Source of the DNA: Bacilli bacterium | GTDB lineage: Bacteria; Bacillota_I; Bacilli_A; RF39; UBA660 | NCBI GenBank assembly: GCA_017409785.1 | Contig: JAFQSD010000001.1 | Coordinates: forward strand, 365,617 to 429,616 | Direction of reading: 5' to 3' | Length of the DNA stretch: 64,000 bases | Part shown: positions 11,466-20,530 of the stretch, piece by piece | Layout of the letters: every line of letters begins with the position of its first letter | Position numbering within the stretch: the stretch's first letter is position 1 | The notes under the pieces: model-generated | The model's input: the letters and a program-made list of their open reading frames with translations, nothing else | Databases searched by the model: none | Told to the model about the DNA's origin: nothing | Position numbers and translations under genes: made by a program

Positions 11466-11848
11466 AAAAAATATTAATTATACTTATTATTGTATTAGAA
11501 CTATCTTTAATTAAAATACCTAAATATACAGAATTAAATAATCTAGCTATTATTGAAGAAATTGCAATTCAAAAAAATAATAATTATTATACAATTATCT
11601 TAAAAGAAATAATCCCTAAGAGAAAAGACCAAGGTATCAACTATGAATATGAATATTATCAAGAAACATCAACATCTATTACTAAGGCAATAAATAAAAT
11701 AAAACAAAAAACAAAAAAGAAACTCTACTTACAAAAAGCAAAGTCTCTAATAACAAACATAACAAATTCTCATGAAATAATTATTGAACTAGATATTAAC
11801 CCATCAACAATTATTCATACGAACAACATCAAAGAAAAAATGAATTAA
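11462..11848 (+). CDS. Short Ger(x)C-like N-terminal-domain protein (128 aa)
   Basis: ATGA overlap with the A-subunit gene. LNNLAIIEEIAIQKNNNYYTIILKEI resembles the start of GerxC proteins. There is no lipobox Cys and no C-terminal domain. Confidence 0.4.
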   Translation: MKKILIILIIVLELSLIKIPKYTELNNLAIIEEIAIQKNNNYYTIILKEIIPKRKDQGINYEYEYYQETSTSITKAINKIKQKTKKKLYLQKAKSLITNITNSHEIIIELDINPSTIIHTNNIKEKMN

Positions 11849-12345
11849 CCTTCTATCTTTGAACAAACAAACCCTCTACCCTCAAAATAAGAAATTTCTG
11901 CATCAGTTGCACCTAAATAATTCAACAAATTAACATCCATCGAATTATCAATTGCATTTTGTTGAGTTAATGTAACAACAATTTGACTTTTATTTTCATT
12001 AATTTCAGCACCTGCAACAGATCTTAAATAATTAATTTCATCTTCTGCAGTTATTGAATCTTTATCTTTATTCTTAGTCTCATCCTCTGTTGGAGTATAA
12101 TCAATAATTGTCATAACATTCTTAACAGCAATATCATTTTCATAAGAAATTCTACTAGTAGTTTTCTTTTTTTCTTTAGCAAAAACTTTCTCACAATAAA
12201 GTGAATGCTTAACAATTTTTACTTTAACAACCTCTTCTTCTTTAGGTAAATACGCTCTAAGCAAAGGTGGCAATATAATAAACATCGCTAAAAACATCAT
12301 TGTCGCAATAACCAAAATTGTACTCTTCGGAGCTTTTTCTTTCAT
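11845..12345 (-). CDS. Hypothetical membrane-anchored protein
   Basis: N-terminal TM helix ILVIATMMFLAMFIILPPLL. No motif. Confidence 0.5.
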   Translation of the reverse strand: MKEKAPKSTILVIATMMFLAMFIILPPLLRAYLPKEEEVVKVKIVKHSLYCEKVFAKEKKKTTSRISYENDIAVKNVMTIIDYTPTEDETKNKDKDSITAEDEINYLRSVAGAEINENKSQIVVTLTQQNAIDNSMDVNLLNYLGATDAEISYFEGRGFVCSKIEG

Positions 12346-12406
12346 TTAATTTCCCCTCTACTTTCTCTATTATAAGTATATCACAAATAAAATTTATTTC
12401 AATCAA

Positions 12407-12988
12407 CTACTTAATTTTTATTCCAAGTAACAATGACAATCCTATTGCTTGATCATAACTAACAACAAGTCCTTTCAACGATTCAATAGGAACTCTTAAA
12501 TCTTTAATTTGACAATTACTTACATCAATATCCTTTAATTTAGTTTGAAAAAATTCACATCCATTTAAAGAACAATTATCAAATATTAATTTTTTCCATT
12601 TAACTTCATTAAAACTGGCATCATCTAATTTACAAGAATTAAAACTTACTTCTTTTAAATTACACCCTGAAAAATTACTATAACTTAAATTGCAATTAGT
12701 AAAAGTCACATTTTCTAAAAAAGATGAATTAAAGTCAACACCTATTAAACTACAATTATCAAAAATAATATTCTTATATGATCTATCAGACAAATCTACA
12801 TTAGAAAAGTTACTAAATAATATTTTACTATCACTTACATCTATTCCTTGTAAATTACTCTTAGAAAAATCACATTTATTAATCAAACAATTATCTATTT
12901 CAAAATAATCATAATATCCTTCTACAGTAATATTATCTAATTCTTTAAAACTTAAATCTTCTCCAGTAATTATATTAATCTTTTCCAT
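12407..12988 (-). CDS. Pentapeptide-repeat protein
   Basis: Continuous A(D/N)LXX-type pentapeptide periodicity (NLQGIDVSDSKILFSNFSNVDLSD...). Confidence 0.85.
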   Translation of the reverse strand: MEKINIITGEDLSFKELDNITVEGYYDYFEIDNCLINKCDFSKSNLQGIDVSDSKILFSNFSNVDLSDRSYKNIIFDNCSLIGVDFNSSFLENVTFTNCNLSYSNFSGCNLKEVSFNSCKLDDASFNEVKWKKLIFDNCSLNGCEFFQTKLKDIDVSNCQIKDLRVPIESLKGLVVSYDQAIGLSLLLGIKIK

Positions 12989-12989
12989 A

Positions 12990-13220
12990 TCAATCCTTAT
13001 TTTTAAGATTTTTTAATCTTTCTAATCTTTCTCTTAATGACTCACGTCTTTCTTTTTCAGTATTTACATCTAAAGTATAAACATCATCTTTTTTAACTAA
13101 AATACTACCTTCATGAACTTCATTTGGAAGTTCATATTTTTTTATTTCTACTAATTCCCCAGTTTCAATATTTTCTAAAACCACAATATCTTCAATAATT
13201 CTATCTACTGCATATTTCAT
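12990..13220 (-). CDS. DUF3006 domain protein
   Basis: MKYAVDRIIEDIVVLENIETGE... pattern and a size of about 75 aa. Sits directly downstream of an MBL hydrolase gene, as is common for this family. Confidence 0.6.
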   Translation of the reverse strand: MKYAVDRIIEDIVVLENIETGELVEIKKYELPNEVHEGSILVKKDDVYTLDVNTEKERRESLRERLERLKNLKNKD

Positions 13221-13228
13221 AATATCAC

Positions 13229-14152
13229 CTACCCATTAAGACATACATCTAATTTTTCAATAGTAATATTTTTTCCGTCACTACTAACAAAAATAGTACC
13301 ATCATTATCTGTTCTATAGACTTTACTATCAACATCTTTTAATTTAGTAAAAGTTACACTATGTGGATGATTATATGAATTACCTTCACCAACCGAAATA
13401 ATTGAATACTCTGGAGTAACTTTCTTTAAAAAGTTAACTGCTGATGAATATCTTGATCCATGATGTCCAACTTTTAATACATCACTATCTATATTACTAT
13501 TTAATATTTTCTTCTCAACATTACTACTAGCATCACCCATAAATAAGAATGAATTTTCTCCATATAATCCTCTAACAACAATAGATGTATCATTAAGATC
13601 ACTGTCATCATCACTTAAATGTAATACTTCAAACTTGCACCCTCCAAATAAGAATATATCTCCTATTTTTGGAGTTTCAAAAGCAATTTGCTTATTTTCT
13701 AAAGCTGTAATAACATCTTCAAAAGTCTTAGTAGTTGTAACTACATCAGGCATATAAAAAGTCCCAATATCAAAAGCATTAATTACATCATCTATTCCTC
13801 CAATATGATCTTCATGTGCATGTGTAGCTATTAAATAATCTAATTTCTTAACGCCTAAATCTTGTAAATATTTAACAATAAGTTTACCATCAGCATTATT
13901 TCCAGCATCAATCATCATATATTTACCATTATTTTCTAATAAAATAGAATCCGCTTGTCCAACATCAAAATAATAAACATTTAAATTACCCTCAACAGCC
14001 AATTTAACAGAATCATTAAAACTACTAACAACTTCTTTTTTCTCAGCATTTTTTTGAGAATTATTTTTCTTATTTTCCTGAATACCAGCATATATAAATC
14101 CCCAAATTAAAACAACTATCGCAATAAAAATAAATCTTTCATCAAATTTCAT
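13229..14152 (-). CDS. MBL-fold metallo-hydrolase, ComEC C-terminal-domain-like, membrane-anchored
   Basis: HAHEDHIGG (HxHxDH) motif, a later GHHG motif, and an N-terminal TM helix. Confidence 0.8.
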   Translation of the reverse strand: MKFDERFIFIAIVVLIWGFIYAGIQENKKNNSQKNAEKKEVVSSFNDSVKLAVEGNLNVYYFDVGQADSILLENNGKYMMIDAGNNADGKLIVKYLQDLGVKKLDYLIATHAHEDHIGGIDDVINAFDIGTFYMPDVVTTTKTFEDVITALENKQIAFETPKIGDIFLFGGCKFEVLHLSDDDSDLNDTSIVVRGLYGENSFLFMGDASSNVEKKILNSNIDSDVLKVGHHGSRYSSAVNFLKKVTPEYSIISVGEGNSYNHPHSVTFTKLKDVDSKVYRTDNDGTIFVSSDGKNITIEKLDVCLNG

Positions 14153-14189
14153 ATTAACCCTCCGTACTATATAAATATATCATAAACTA

Positions 14190-14223
14190 AAAGCAAAACA
14201 AAAGACTTCCAACGAAAGTCTTT
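14190..14223 (-). terminator. Rho-independent terminator
   Basis: aaagactt-ccaacg-aagtcttt hairpin with a T-rich tail on the minus strand. Confidence 0.6.
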
Positions 14224-14230
14224 TTATTTT

Positions 14231-15244
14231 CTACATATTTACATCCCAATTAACATAGTCAAACGAACTATCTCCGTAATACCAAACACGACGGTTAGAA
14301 CTAGTATAATTATTCTTAAATATTACATTAAATGATTTATCTTCCATACCACCATAATAATCCATATTATAAATATCTCCAGTTAATAAGAATGTATTAT
14401 TACGTTCATTATATTTTAACTCTTCATAATTAAACATTGCATTAGCAGAAATACTAAAGTTCTTACCAATTTCTTCTTCAATAACACTATCAATTCTAGC
14501 TAAACCATTAATATCTTCACCTAAAACATTTTTTAATATATTCATCGCATAATAAAATTCAAAATTATCAGTTTTCTTACCATCTTTAACCAAATATAAC
14601 TTACTATCACCAAATATAGAATAAACATCTTTTATTTTAAAGTCATCAAAATCAACATAAAACTTTAATTTAAAATTACCATATGAATCATCTATATATA
14701 AATTAGATATTTCTCCATCTGTATATAAATTACTTATAATTATATCTCTTGAAAAAGTATCAGTACTATCTTTTTCAAAAACTTTTTCTATTTCTTCTTT
14801 AATAGTTTTAGACGAACTAAAATCATAAGTTTCATTTAACATTAATAATTCATTACTATTTTCATATATATATGCTTTAACTACATTAAAACTATATATT
14901 AAACTATAAACAATAAAGAATACTACCGAAAGAGCAGCAAGTACTAATAAACCACTTTTTTTCTTATTCTTATAAATATTTATAACAACAATAATTGAAT
15001 TAAATAATAACACTAAAATTAATATTACTAAAATTAATAAATCATTCAAATTTTCTGAATAAAAAGATTCTTTACCAAATGCATATAATAAATAGCAAAT
15101 AACACTCTGTAAGATAACCCATCCAAAATACATAACAGTTTTAATAATGACACTCTTATCGCCTAAATATTTTTTACATTTAGGGCACTTTTTCAAATTA
15201 TCTTCTATCTTTTTACCACAGTACTTACACTTAACTTTACTCAT
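14231..15244 (-). CDS. Zinc-ribbon membrane protein, function unknown
   Basis: CKYCGKK...CPKC zinc ribbon, three TM helices, then a soluble C-terminal domain. ATG 15244 has a GGAGG SD. Confidence 0.55.
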   Translation of the reverse strand: MSKVKCKYCGKKIEDNLKKCPKCKKYLGDKSVIIKTVMYFGWVILQSVICYLLYAFGKESFYSENLNDLLILVILILVLLFNSIIVVINIYKNKKKSGLLVLAALSVVFFIVYSLIYSFNVVKAYIYENSNELLMLNETYDFSSSKTIKEEIEKVFEKDSTDTFSRDIIISNLYTDGEISNLYIDDSYGNFKLKFYVDFDDFKIKDVYSIFGDSKLYLVKDGKKTDNFEFYYAMNILKNVLGEDINGLARIDSVIEEEIGKNFSISANAMFNYEELKYNERNNTFLLTGDIYNMDYYGGMEDKSFNVIFKNNYTSSNRRVWYYGDSSFDYVNWDVNM

Positions 15245-15256
15245 AATTACCTCCAC

Positions 15257-15628
15257 TTAACTATTCTTCTTAATCCATTCCATAATTAATGCTACTACAA
15301 ATTTAATTTCTTTTTCACTCATATCCCTATCTTTTTCAATATGATGCCATTTATATAAACATCCTCTACAGCAAGTAGCCGTTGCATGTTGTGCAACAAA
15401 AACAGGATGTCCCTTCATTGGAGTTTGCTTGCCATCATTAGAAATGTCTTTTTTAGCTAATCTATTTCTAATAAAATCCTCAGCATGACTTTCAATAACA
15501 GCAATCCCCTTATCATTTAAATATACTAGTTCTCTATTACGTAATTTAAAACTACTTCTAAACTTTGACTTACTCAAACAAGTTAATTTATCTTCAATAA
15601 ATTTTTGTTGGATATTATTTAATTTCAT
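15257..15628 (-). CDS. DUF4186 domain protein
   Basis: GHPVFVAQHATATCCRGCLYKWH block is characteristic of the family. Confidence 0.65.
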   Translation of the reverse strand: MKLNNIQQKFIEDKLTCLSKSKFRSSFKLRNRELVYLNDKGIAVIESHAEDFIRNRLAKKDISNDGKQTPMKGHPVFVAQHATATCCRGCLYKWHHIEKDRDMSEKEIKFVVALIMEWIKKNS

Positions 15629-15639
15629 ATACCCTCACG

Positions 15640-15665
15640 AAAAGAAAAAGACCTATTAAGTCTTT
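15640..15665 (-). terminator. Rho-independent terminator overlapping the upstream stop codon
   Basis: aaagac...gtcttt hairpin followed by a T-rich run on the minus strand. Confidence 0.5.
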
Positions 15666-16383
15666 AACAAGCATGTTTAGAAGAACAAGAATTTTTATTT
15701 TCTAACACACATTTAAGAGAACATTTAAACTTATTATATGTATCTTTTTTAATATCATCAGTAAGTTCCATAAAAGGATTATCTTGACTATCACTTATAC
15801 CTGTTTCAAGTTCTTTTGCTTCTCCATTAACAATAGAAACAACATTAGGTGCATAAATTCTTTTTTCTTTTGTAACGATTTCTTTACCATCATATTCTAA
15901 TGTATAATCATCAAGAACATTATCTAATCTATTTAAAAGACCAATATAACCTTCACTACCTTCTTTAACAGTAATAACATTTCCATCATCATCAACATCA
16001 AGTTTATCACGTATATCTTTAACATCAACATAGTAAATTTTTTCAATATTTACTTCTTCCGCAACATCTAATAGTATTGGTAAAACACTTCTACACCAAG
16101 GACAACTATTAAATCCAAAATAAACAACAAATGTCTCATTATTATCCATCATTGTAATAATATCATTTGCATCCGCATAAACAATTGGATTATCCTCTGG
16201 AATAGATAAAGTTCTAACCTTATAATCTGTTCCTTCAACACTTTCTCCATTAATACTTTCATACTCTTCTTTAAATTTCAAAGCATCACTAGTTTTATCT
16301 TTTTTCTCATAACTACATCCTGTAATAATTAAAACAATAATTAATGCTATAATAACAAAAATACTTCTTTTATTCATTGTCAT
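15664..16383 (-). CDS. Thioredoxin-fold lipoprotein
   Basis: Lipobox LIITGC. CxxC motif FNSCPWCRS. Cys-rich C-terminal tail. Confidence 0.7.
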   Translation of the reverse strand: MTMNKRSIFVIIALIIVLIITGCSYEKKDKTSDALKFKEEYESINGESVEGTDYKVRTLSIPEDNPIVYADANDIITMMDNNETFVVYFGFNSCPWCRSVLPILLDVAEEVNIEKIYYVDVKDIRDKLDVDDDGNVITVKEGSEGYIGLLNRLDNVLDDYTLEYDGKEIVTKEKRIYAPNVVSIVNGEAKELETGISDSQDNPFMELTDDIKKDTYNKFKCSLKCVLENKNSCSSKHAC

Positions 16384-16516
16384 ACCATCCTTCATATAAA
16401 ATGATTATAAAACATTTTATAGATTAAATTCAACCCTAATAAGAAATATTTCAATTAATAGTTTAAAAATATATACTTTTATGTTATAATAAAAACTCGT
16501 AAACGGAGGGGATCTA

Positions 16517-17350
16517 ATGAAAATATTTAACCGAGAAAACGATCAATTAGTAGTATACCTACAACGAAAAAATATAAAAGCAATTATTAAATATGAAGAA
16601 AAAGCACCAAAAGCAATTTATAAGACAGCCAAACAATTAGGCCTAACAGATTTTGATGAAACTCATGACGAAGAATTTGTAAGACTAACAGATAAAAAAA
16701 CAATCGAATTTTTAAAAAGAATGCACTGGATTCCAGACTATCGAGAACTAAGAGATCTATCTGATGAAGACCTTGAAGCAAAAACAAATGAACGTTCTGC
16801 TAAAATTAAAGAAATGCAAAATTACTTTATGGCACTTGGGCCATACGATCAAAGAAGTAATCCAAGTATACCACAAGAAATTTCTAAAATTAACCAAACA
16901 GTAAAAGATATAAATGCTTATCTTTGGACAAGACAAGGTAAATATGATACACCAATAGAACTACCATTAATGATTGACTGTATGGAAGATGTATTAGAAT
17001 CAAGTGGTACTATTCGTATTGGATTAAGTATCGATAAAAAACATATCTTAGTTGAAAATAAGTCTGGTGCAAGAGCTACATCAATTAATCCTTTTGAAAT
17101 GCAAATGGGAATAATGGCTTTTGCAACTGAATTAAATTTAAATCAAAATGCACCAGGAGAATTAGCTATAACTGTTCGTCCTGACTCAAACAATAGATTC
17201 TTAGTAGCAGATTACAACTTTGAAGTTGCTAAGGATTATGTTCCACCAGTACAAGAAGAACCACAAGAACCAACAAGATTAGTAACACCACAAAAGAAAA
17301 AATCATTATTTCAACGTGTATTTAGTCAAAAACAAAAAGATGAAAATTAA
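16517..17350 (+). CDS. Hypothetical protein
   Basis: Long ORF with a GGAGGGG SD. No recognisable motif. Pro/Gln-rich C-terminus. Confidence 0.55.
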   Translation: MKIFNRENDQLVVYLQRKNIKAIIKYEEKAPKAIYKTAKQLGLTDFDETHDEEFVRLTDKKTIEFLKRMHWIPDYRELRDLSDEDLEAKTNERSAKIKEMQNYFMALGPYDQRSNPSIPQEISKINQTVKDINAYLWTRQGKYDTPIELPLMIDCMEDVLESSGTIRIGLSIDKKHILVENKSGARATSINPFEMQMGIMAFATELNLNQNAPGELAITVRPDSNNRFLVADYNFEVAKDYVPPVQEEPQEPTRLVTPQKKKSLFQRVFSQKQKDEN

Positions 17351-17934
17351 TTCATCTTTTTTCTTTTTACATATTGCTTATATTCTTCAATTAAATCTGG
17401 ATCATGTAAGTTTTCAGGCAAACTATCAAGTGAGAAAAATTTCATTTCTTTAGATTCACTATCCCACTTTAATTCACCACTATATTTTCTTACTAAGTAA
17501 AAAGCTGTATTATTAACAACAACATCACCATTAGGATAAGAATTAAGTCTGCTCATTCCAGAAACTAATTTAATAAGTTCTAAATCTTCTTCTAAAACAT
17601 CTAAATTTGTTTCTTCTTTTACTTCTCGAATAACAACATCTTCAAATCTTTCACCAACTTCTTGGCATCCTCCAGGTATTCCCCACATATCTCTATCTGC
17701 TCTACTTTGAAGAAGAATTTCTCCATTTTCATTAACAATAGCAGCAGCAGCGCCATCTTGTAGTAAAACAAACTTATGCATTAGATCACCCATACATTTT
17801 CTAGTAAAAACAGGGTATCCAACAATCTCACTTACTTTCATAACTTCTTCCCAAGTAAGTTCACTAATCATCTTTGAAAAATCATCATATGATAAAGCTA
17901 AAATCTCTTGTTTAGTCATTTCTAATATACTCAT
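17347..17934 (-). CDS. NUDIX hydrolase
   Basis: Nudix box GGCQEVGERFEDVVIREVKEETNL. Confidence 0.85.
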   Translation of the reverse strand: MSILEMTKQEILALSYDDFSKMISELTWEEVMKVSEIVGYPVFTRKCMGDLMHKFVLLQDGAAAAIVNENGEILLQSRADRDMWGIPGGCQEVGERFEDVVIREVKEETNLDVLEEDLELIKLVSGMSRLNSYPNGDVVVNNTAFYLVRKYSGELKWDSESKEMKFFSLDSLPENLHDPDLIEEYKQYVKRKKMN

Positions 17935-17945
17935 ACTTATCTCCT

Positions 17946-18719
17946 TTAATCTACGTTTACTCCTTTTTGAAGTAACTTATTACTAATAACATTACATAAA
18001 ATAATATATACTAAATAGATAGTAGCTGCAACTATTAATAGAAATTTTAAAATGTCCATCCCAATAACAGCGTTCATACTTGTAAATAAATCTAAAATAT
18101 CTTTATTAAATAAACCAATAATAAATAATACTCCTAAACTAACAAAAGATGAAATCATATAAATAACAAATCCACTCACAAAACTCTTAAGTAATTTGTT
18201 ATGATTACTTCTATAACCAATTGTAATTGCTAAAAGTCCTAAAAATAATAAAAATAATAATTCTAAAATCACAACAATTCCAGTTGTAATAATAATACCC
18301 CATGATATTTCTGGATAAATCATCTTAATAAAATCAATTAATCCATCATTCCAATAACATATAAAAAAAGAAATTAATGAAACAACAATCGAAGTAAACA
18401 TTGTAATCAAAGTAGCAATTACTTTAGATAAATAAATTTCTCCTTTAGTAACTGGCAAAGTATGTGTTAAGTAAGACTCATCTTTATAAACATTATGAAT
18501 ATATCTAACCCATATTCTAATAATATTATTAATTAAAATATTAAAGATCATCGCAACTGATACACCGCAAGATATTTTACTTATAACATCAAAAATAAAT
18601 GAATTATCAATACAACCCAATAATCTACCAATTATTGCAAAAACAAGTGCTAATCCATAATAAATAACAATTATTTTATAAACCCATTTAAGATCATATT
18701 TTAATAATTTTCCTAACAT
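17946..18719 (-). CDS. ABC-2-type transporter permease
   Basis: Six predicted TM helices. Overlaps the upstream ATPase gene by 7 nt. Confidence 0.65.
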   Translation of the reverse strand: MLGKLLKYDLKWVYKIIVIYYGLALVFAIIGRLLGCIDNSFIFDVISKISCGVSVAMIFNILINNIIRIWVRYIHNVYKDESYLTHTLPVTKGEIYLSKVIATLITMFTSIVVSLISFFICYWNDGLIDFIKMIYPEISWGIIITTGIVVILELLFLLFLGLLAITIGYRSNHNKLLKSFVSGFVIYMISSFVSLGVLFIIGLFNKDILDLFTSMNAVIGMDILKFLLIVAATIYLVYIILCNVISNKLLQKGVNVD

Positions 18720-19408
18720 TTAAACATCCTCCTAAACACTTCATCGATAGATGTTTTTTCTTTCTTTCTAATTTCATCAGCACTACCAGTTAAAACAATC
18801 TTACCTTTATCAATAAAAATGACTTCATCAAGTATTCTTTCAATATCAGCAATTAAATGAGTAGAAATTATAACACTAGCGCCTTCATTAAAATTAGATA
18901 AAATTGTATCAAGAATATAATCTCTAGTAGCCGGGTCAACTCCACCTAATGGTTCATCTAAAATATATAAATCTGCCTTTCTAGACATAACTAATATTAA
19001 TTGTACTTTTTCTTGCATTCCCTTAGACATTTTAGTAAGTTTCATATCTTTATCAAGTTCAAGTTTAGCTAATAATTCATAAGCCTTATCACTATCAAAG
19101 TCTTCATAAAATTCCTCAAAAAATTTAACAACATCCGCAACACGCATCCCTTTATCAAGATAAGTTCTCTCGGGCAAATAAGATATTATTCTTTTAGATT
19201 CAACACCGGGATTTTTACCATTAATTAATACATCACCACTAGTAGGTGTAAGTAAATCATTAATAAGTTTAATTAAAGTAGACTTCCCAGTACCATTTTT
19301 ACCTAAAAGGCCAACAATTTTACCACGTGGAATTTTAAAATTTATATCATTTAAAATCTTTTTATTATCAAATTCTTTACTAAGATGAATACATTCTAAT
19401 AATTCCAT
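18713..19408 (-). CDS. ABC transporter ATP-binding protein
   Basis: Walker A GKNGTGKST, signature MSKGMQEKV, Walker B LYILDEP. Confidence 0.9.
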   Translation of the reverse strand: MELLECIHLSKEFDNKKILNDINFKIPRGKIVGLLGKNGTGKSTLIKLINDLLTPTSGDVLINGKNPGVESKRIISYLPERTYLDKGMRVADVVKFFEEFYEDFDSDKAYELLAKLELDKDMKLTKMSKGMQEKVQLILVMSRKADLYILDEPLGGVDPATRDYILDTILSNFNEGASVIISTHLIADIERILDEVIFIDKGKIVLTGSADEIRKKEKTSIDEVFRRMFKC

Positions 19409-19416
19409 ATATCCTC

Positions 19417-19776
19417 CTATTTAATCAATTCACGCAAGTAATCAATTGTTTTATTTTCATCCATACCAATTTTTTTCATATTAGAAAAAAACTCATACGC
19501 TTTTTCTTTTGCTAAATTATCCCTAATATTATTAATAAGTTTTACATCCTTAGTAACAAATTTACCATTTGTTCTTTCTGTATAAATTAGTTTTTCTTCT
19601 TCTAATTCAGCCAAGGCCTTTTGCATCGTATTAGGATTAACTTTTGCTAGCATTGCTAAATCTCTAACAGATGGGATTTTTTCTCCGATACCAAATTCAG
19701 AAGTCAAAATACCAATTCTAAGTTGTTCAACCAATTGAATATAAATGGGTCTTTCATTATCAAAATTAAACTTCAT
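19417..19776 (-). CDS. GntR family (YtrA-like) transcriptional regulator
   Basis: PIYIQLVEQL...IPSVRDLAMLAKVNPNTMQKAL wHTH in a short protein of about 120 aa. Start uncertain (19776 or 19794). Confidence 0.8.
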   Translation of the reverse strand: MKFNFDNERPIYIQLVEQLRIGILTSEFGIGEKIPSVRDLAMLAKVNPNTMQKALAELEEEKLIYTERTNGKFVTKDVKLINNIRDNLAKEKAYEFFSNMKKIGMDENKTIDYLRELIK

Positions 19777-19858
19777 AGTCTTTATACCTTTCATTGTATT
19801 ACTTGCATAATACAATAATACTATTTACGAACAATTATGTCAATAAAAAAGAAAACAA

Positions 19859-20530
19859 TTATTTTGCTTTCTTCTTTTTCAATTCATAAATAACATCAGC
19901 CTGTTTACAAACATTTTCAGAATGTGTAACAATTACAACACATTTGTTTTCTTTTTTAGCTAAATCTTTAAATATTTTTAATATTTCATTTTCTGTTTCC
20001 TTATCTAAGTTACCAGTTGGCTCATCAGCCAAAAGCATCTCTGGATTATATGACAAACTTCTCGCAATAGCTACTCTTTGTTGTTCTCCACCAGATAGTT
20101 TTAATACTCTTCTATCTTTTTGTGTTTCATCAAGTCCAACACTTTCCATTAACTCAATAGCCCGTTTCTTTTTGTCAGGAACCTTAACTTTGCTTATATC
20201 CATTGATAAAATAATATTTTCCATTGCAGACATATGTGGAAGCAAATTATAACTTTGAAAAACAATTCCAATATCACGACTTCTATATAAGTCTAAATCA
20301 ATTTTTCTAAGTTCTTTACCATTAAAAGTTATAGATCCTTCATAATCCTTCTCTAACCCACTAATTAAAGATAATAAAGTCGTTTTACCACTACCACTCT
20401 TACCTTTAATAGCATAAACTTTACCACATTCAAAATCAAATGAAATATCTTTTAATACATAATCATCTTTTTCAGCATCTGCATATCTATAAGATACATT
20501 ATCTATCTTTAATAATATTTTCTTTGCCAT
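19859..20530 (-). CDS. ABC transporter ATP-binding protein (MacB/LolD type)
   Basis: [35 protein letters not shown]. Confidence 0.9.
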   Translation of the reverse strand: MAKKILLKIDNVSYRYADAEKDDYVLKDISFDFECGKVYAIKGKSGSGKTTLLSLISGLEKDYEGSITFNGKELRKIDLDLYRSRDIGIVFQSYNLLPHMSAMENIILSMDISKVKVPDKKKRAIELMESVGLDETQKDRRVLKLSGGEQQRVAIARSLSYNPEMLLADEPTGNLDKETENEILKIFKDLAKKENKCVVIVTHSENVCKQADVIYELKKKKAK

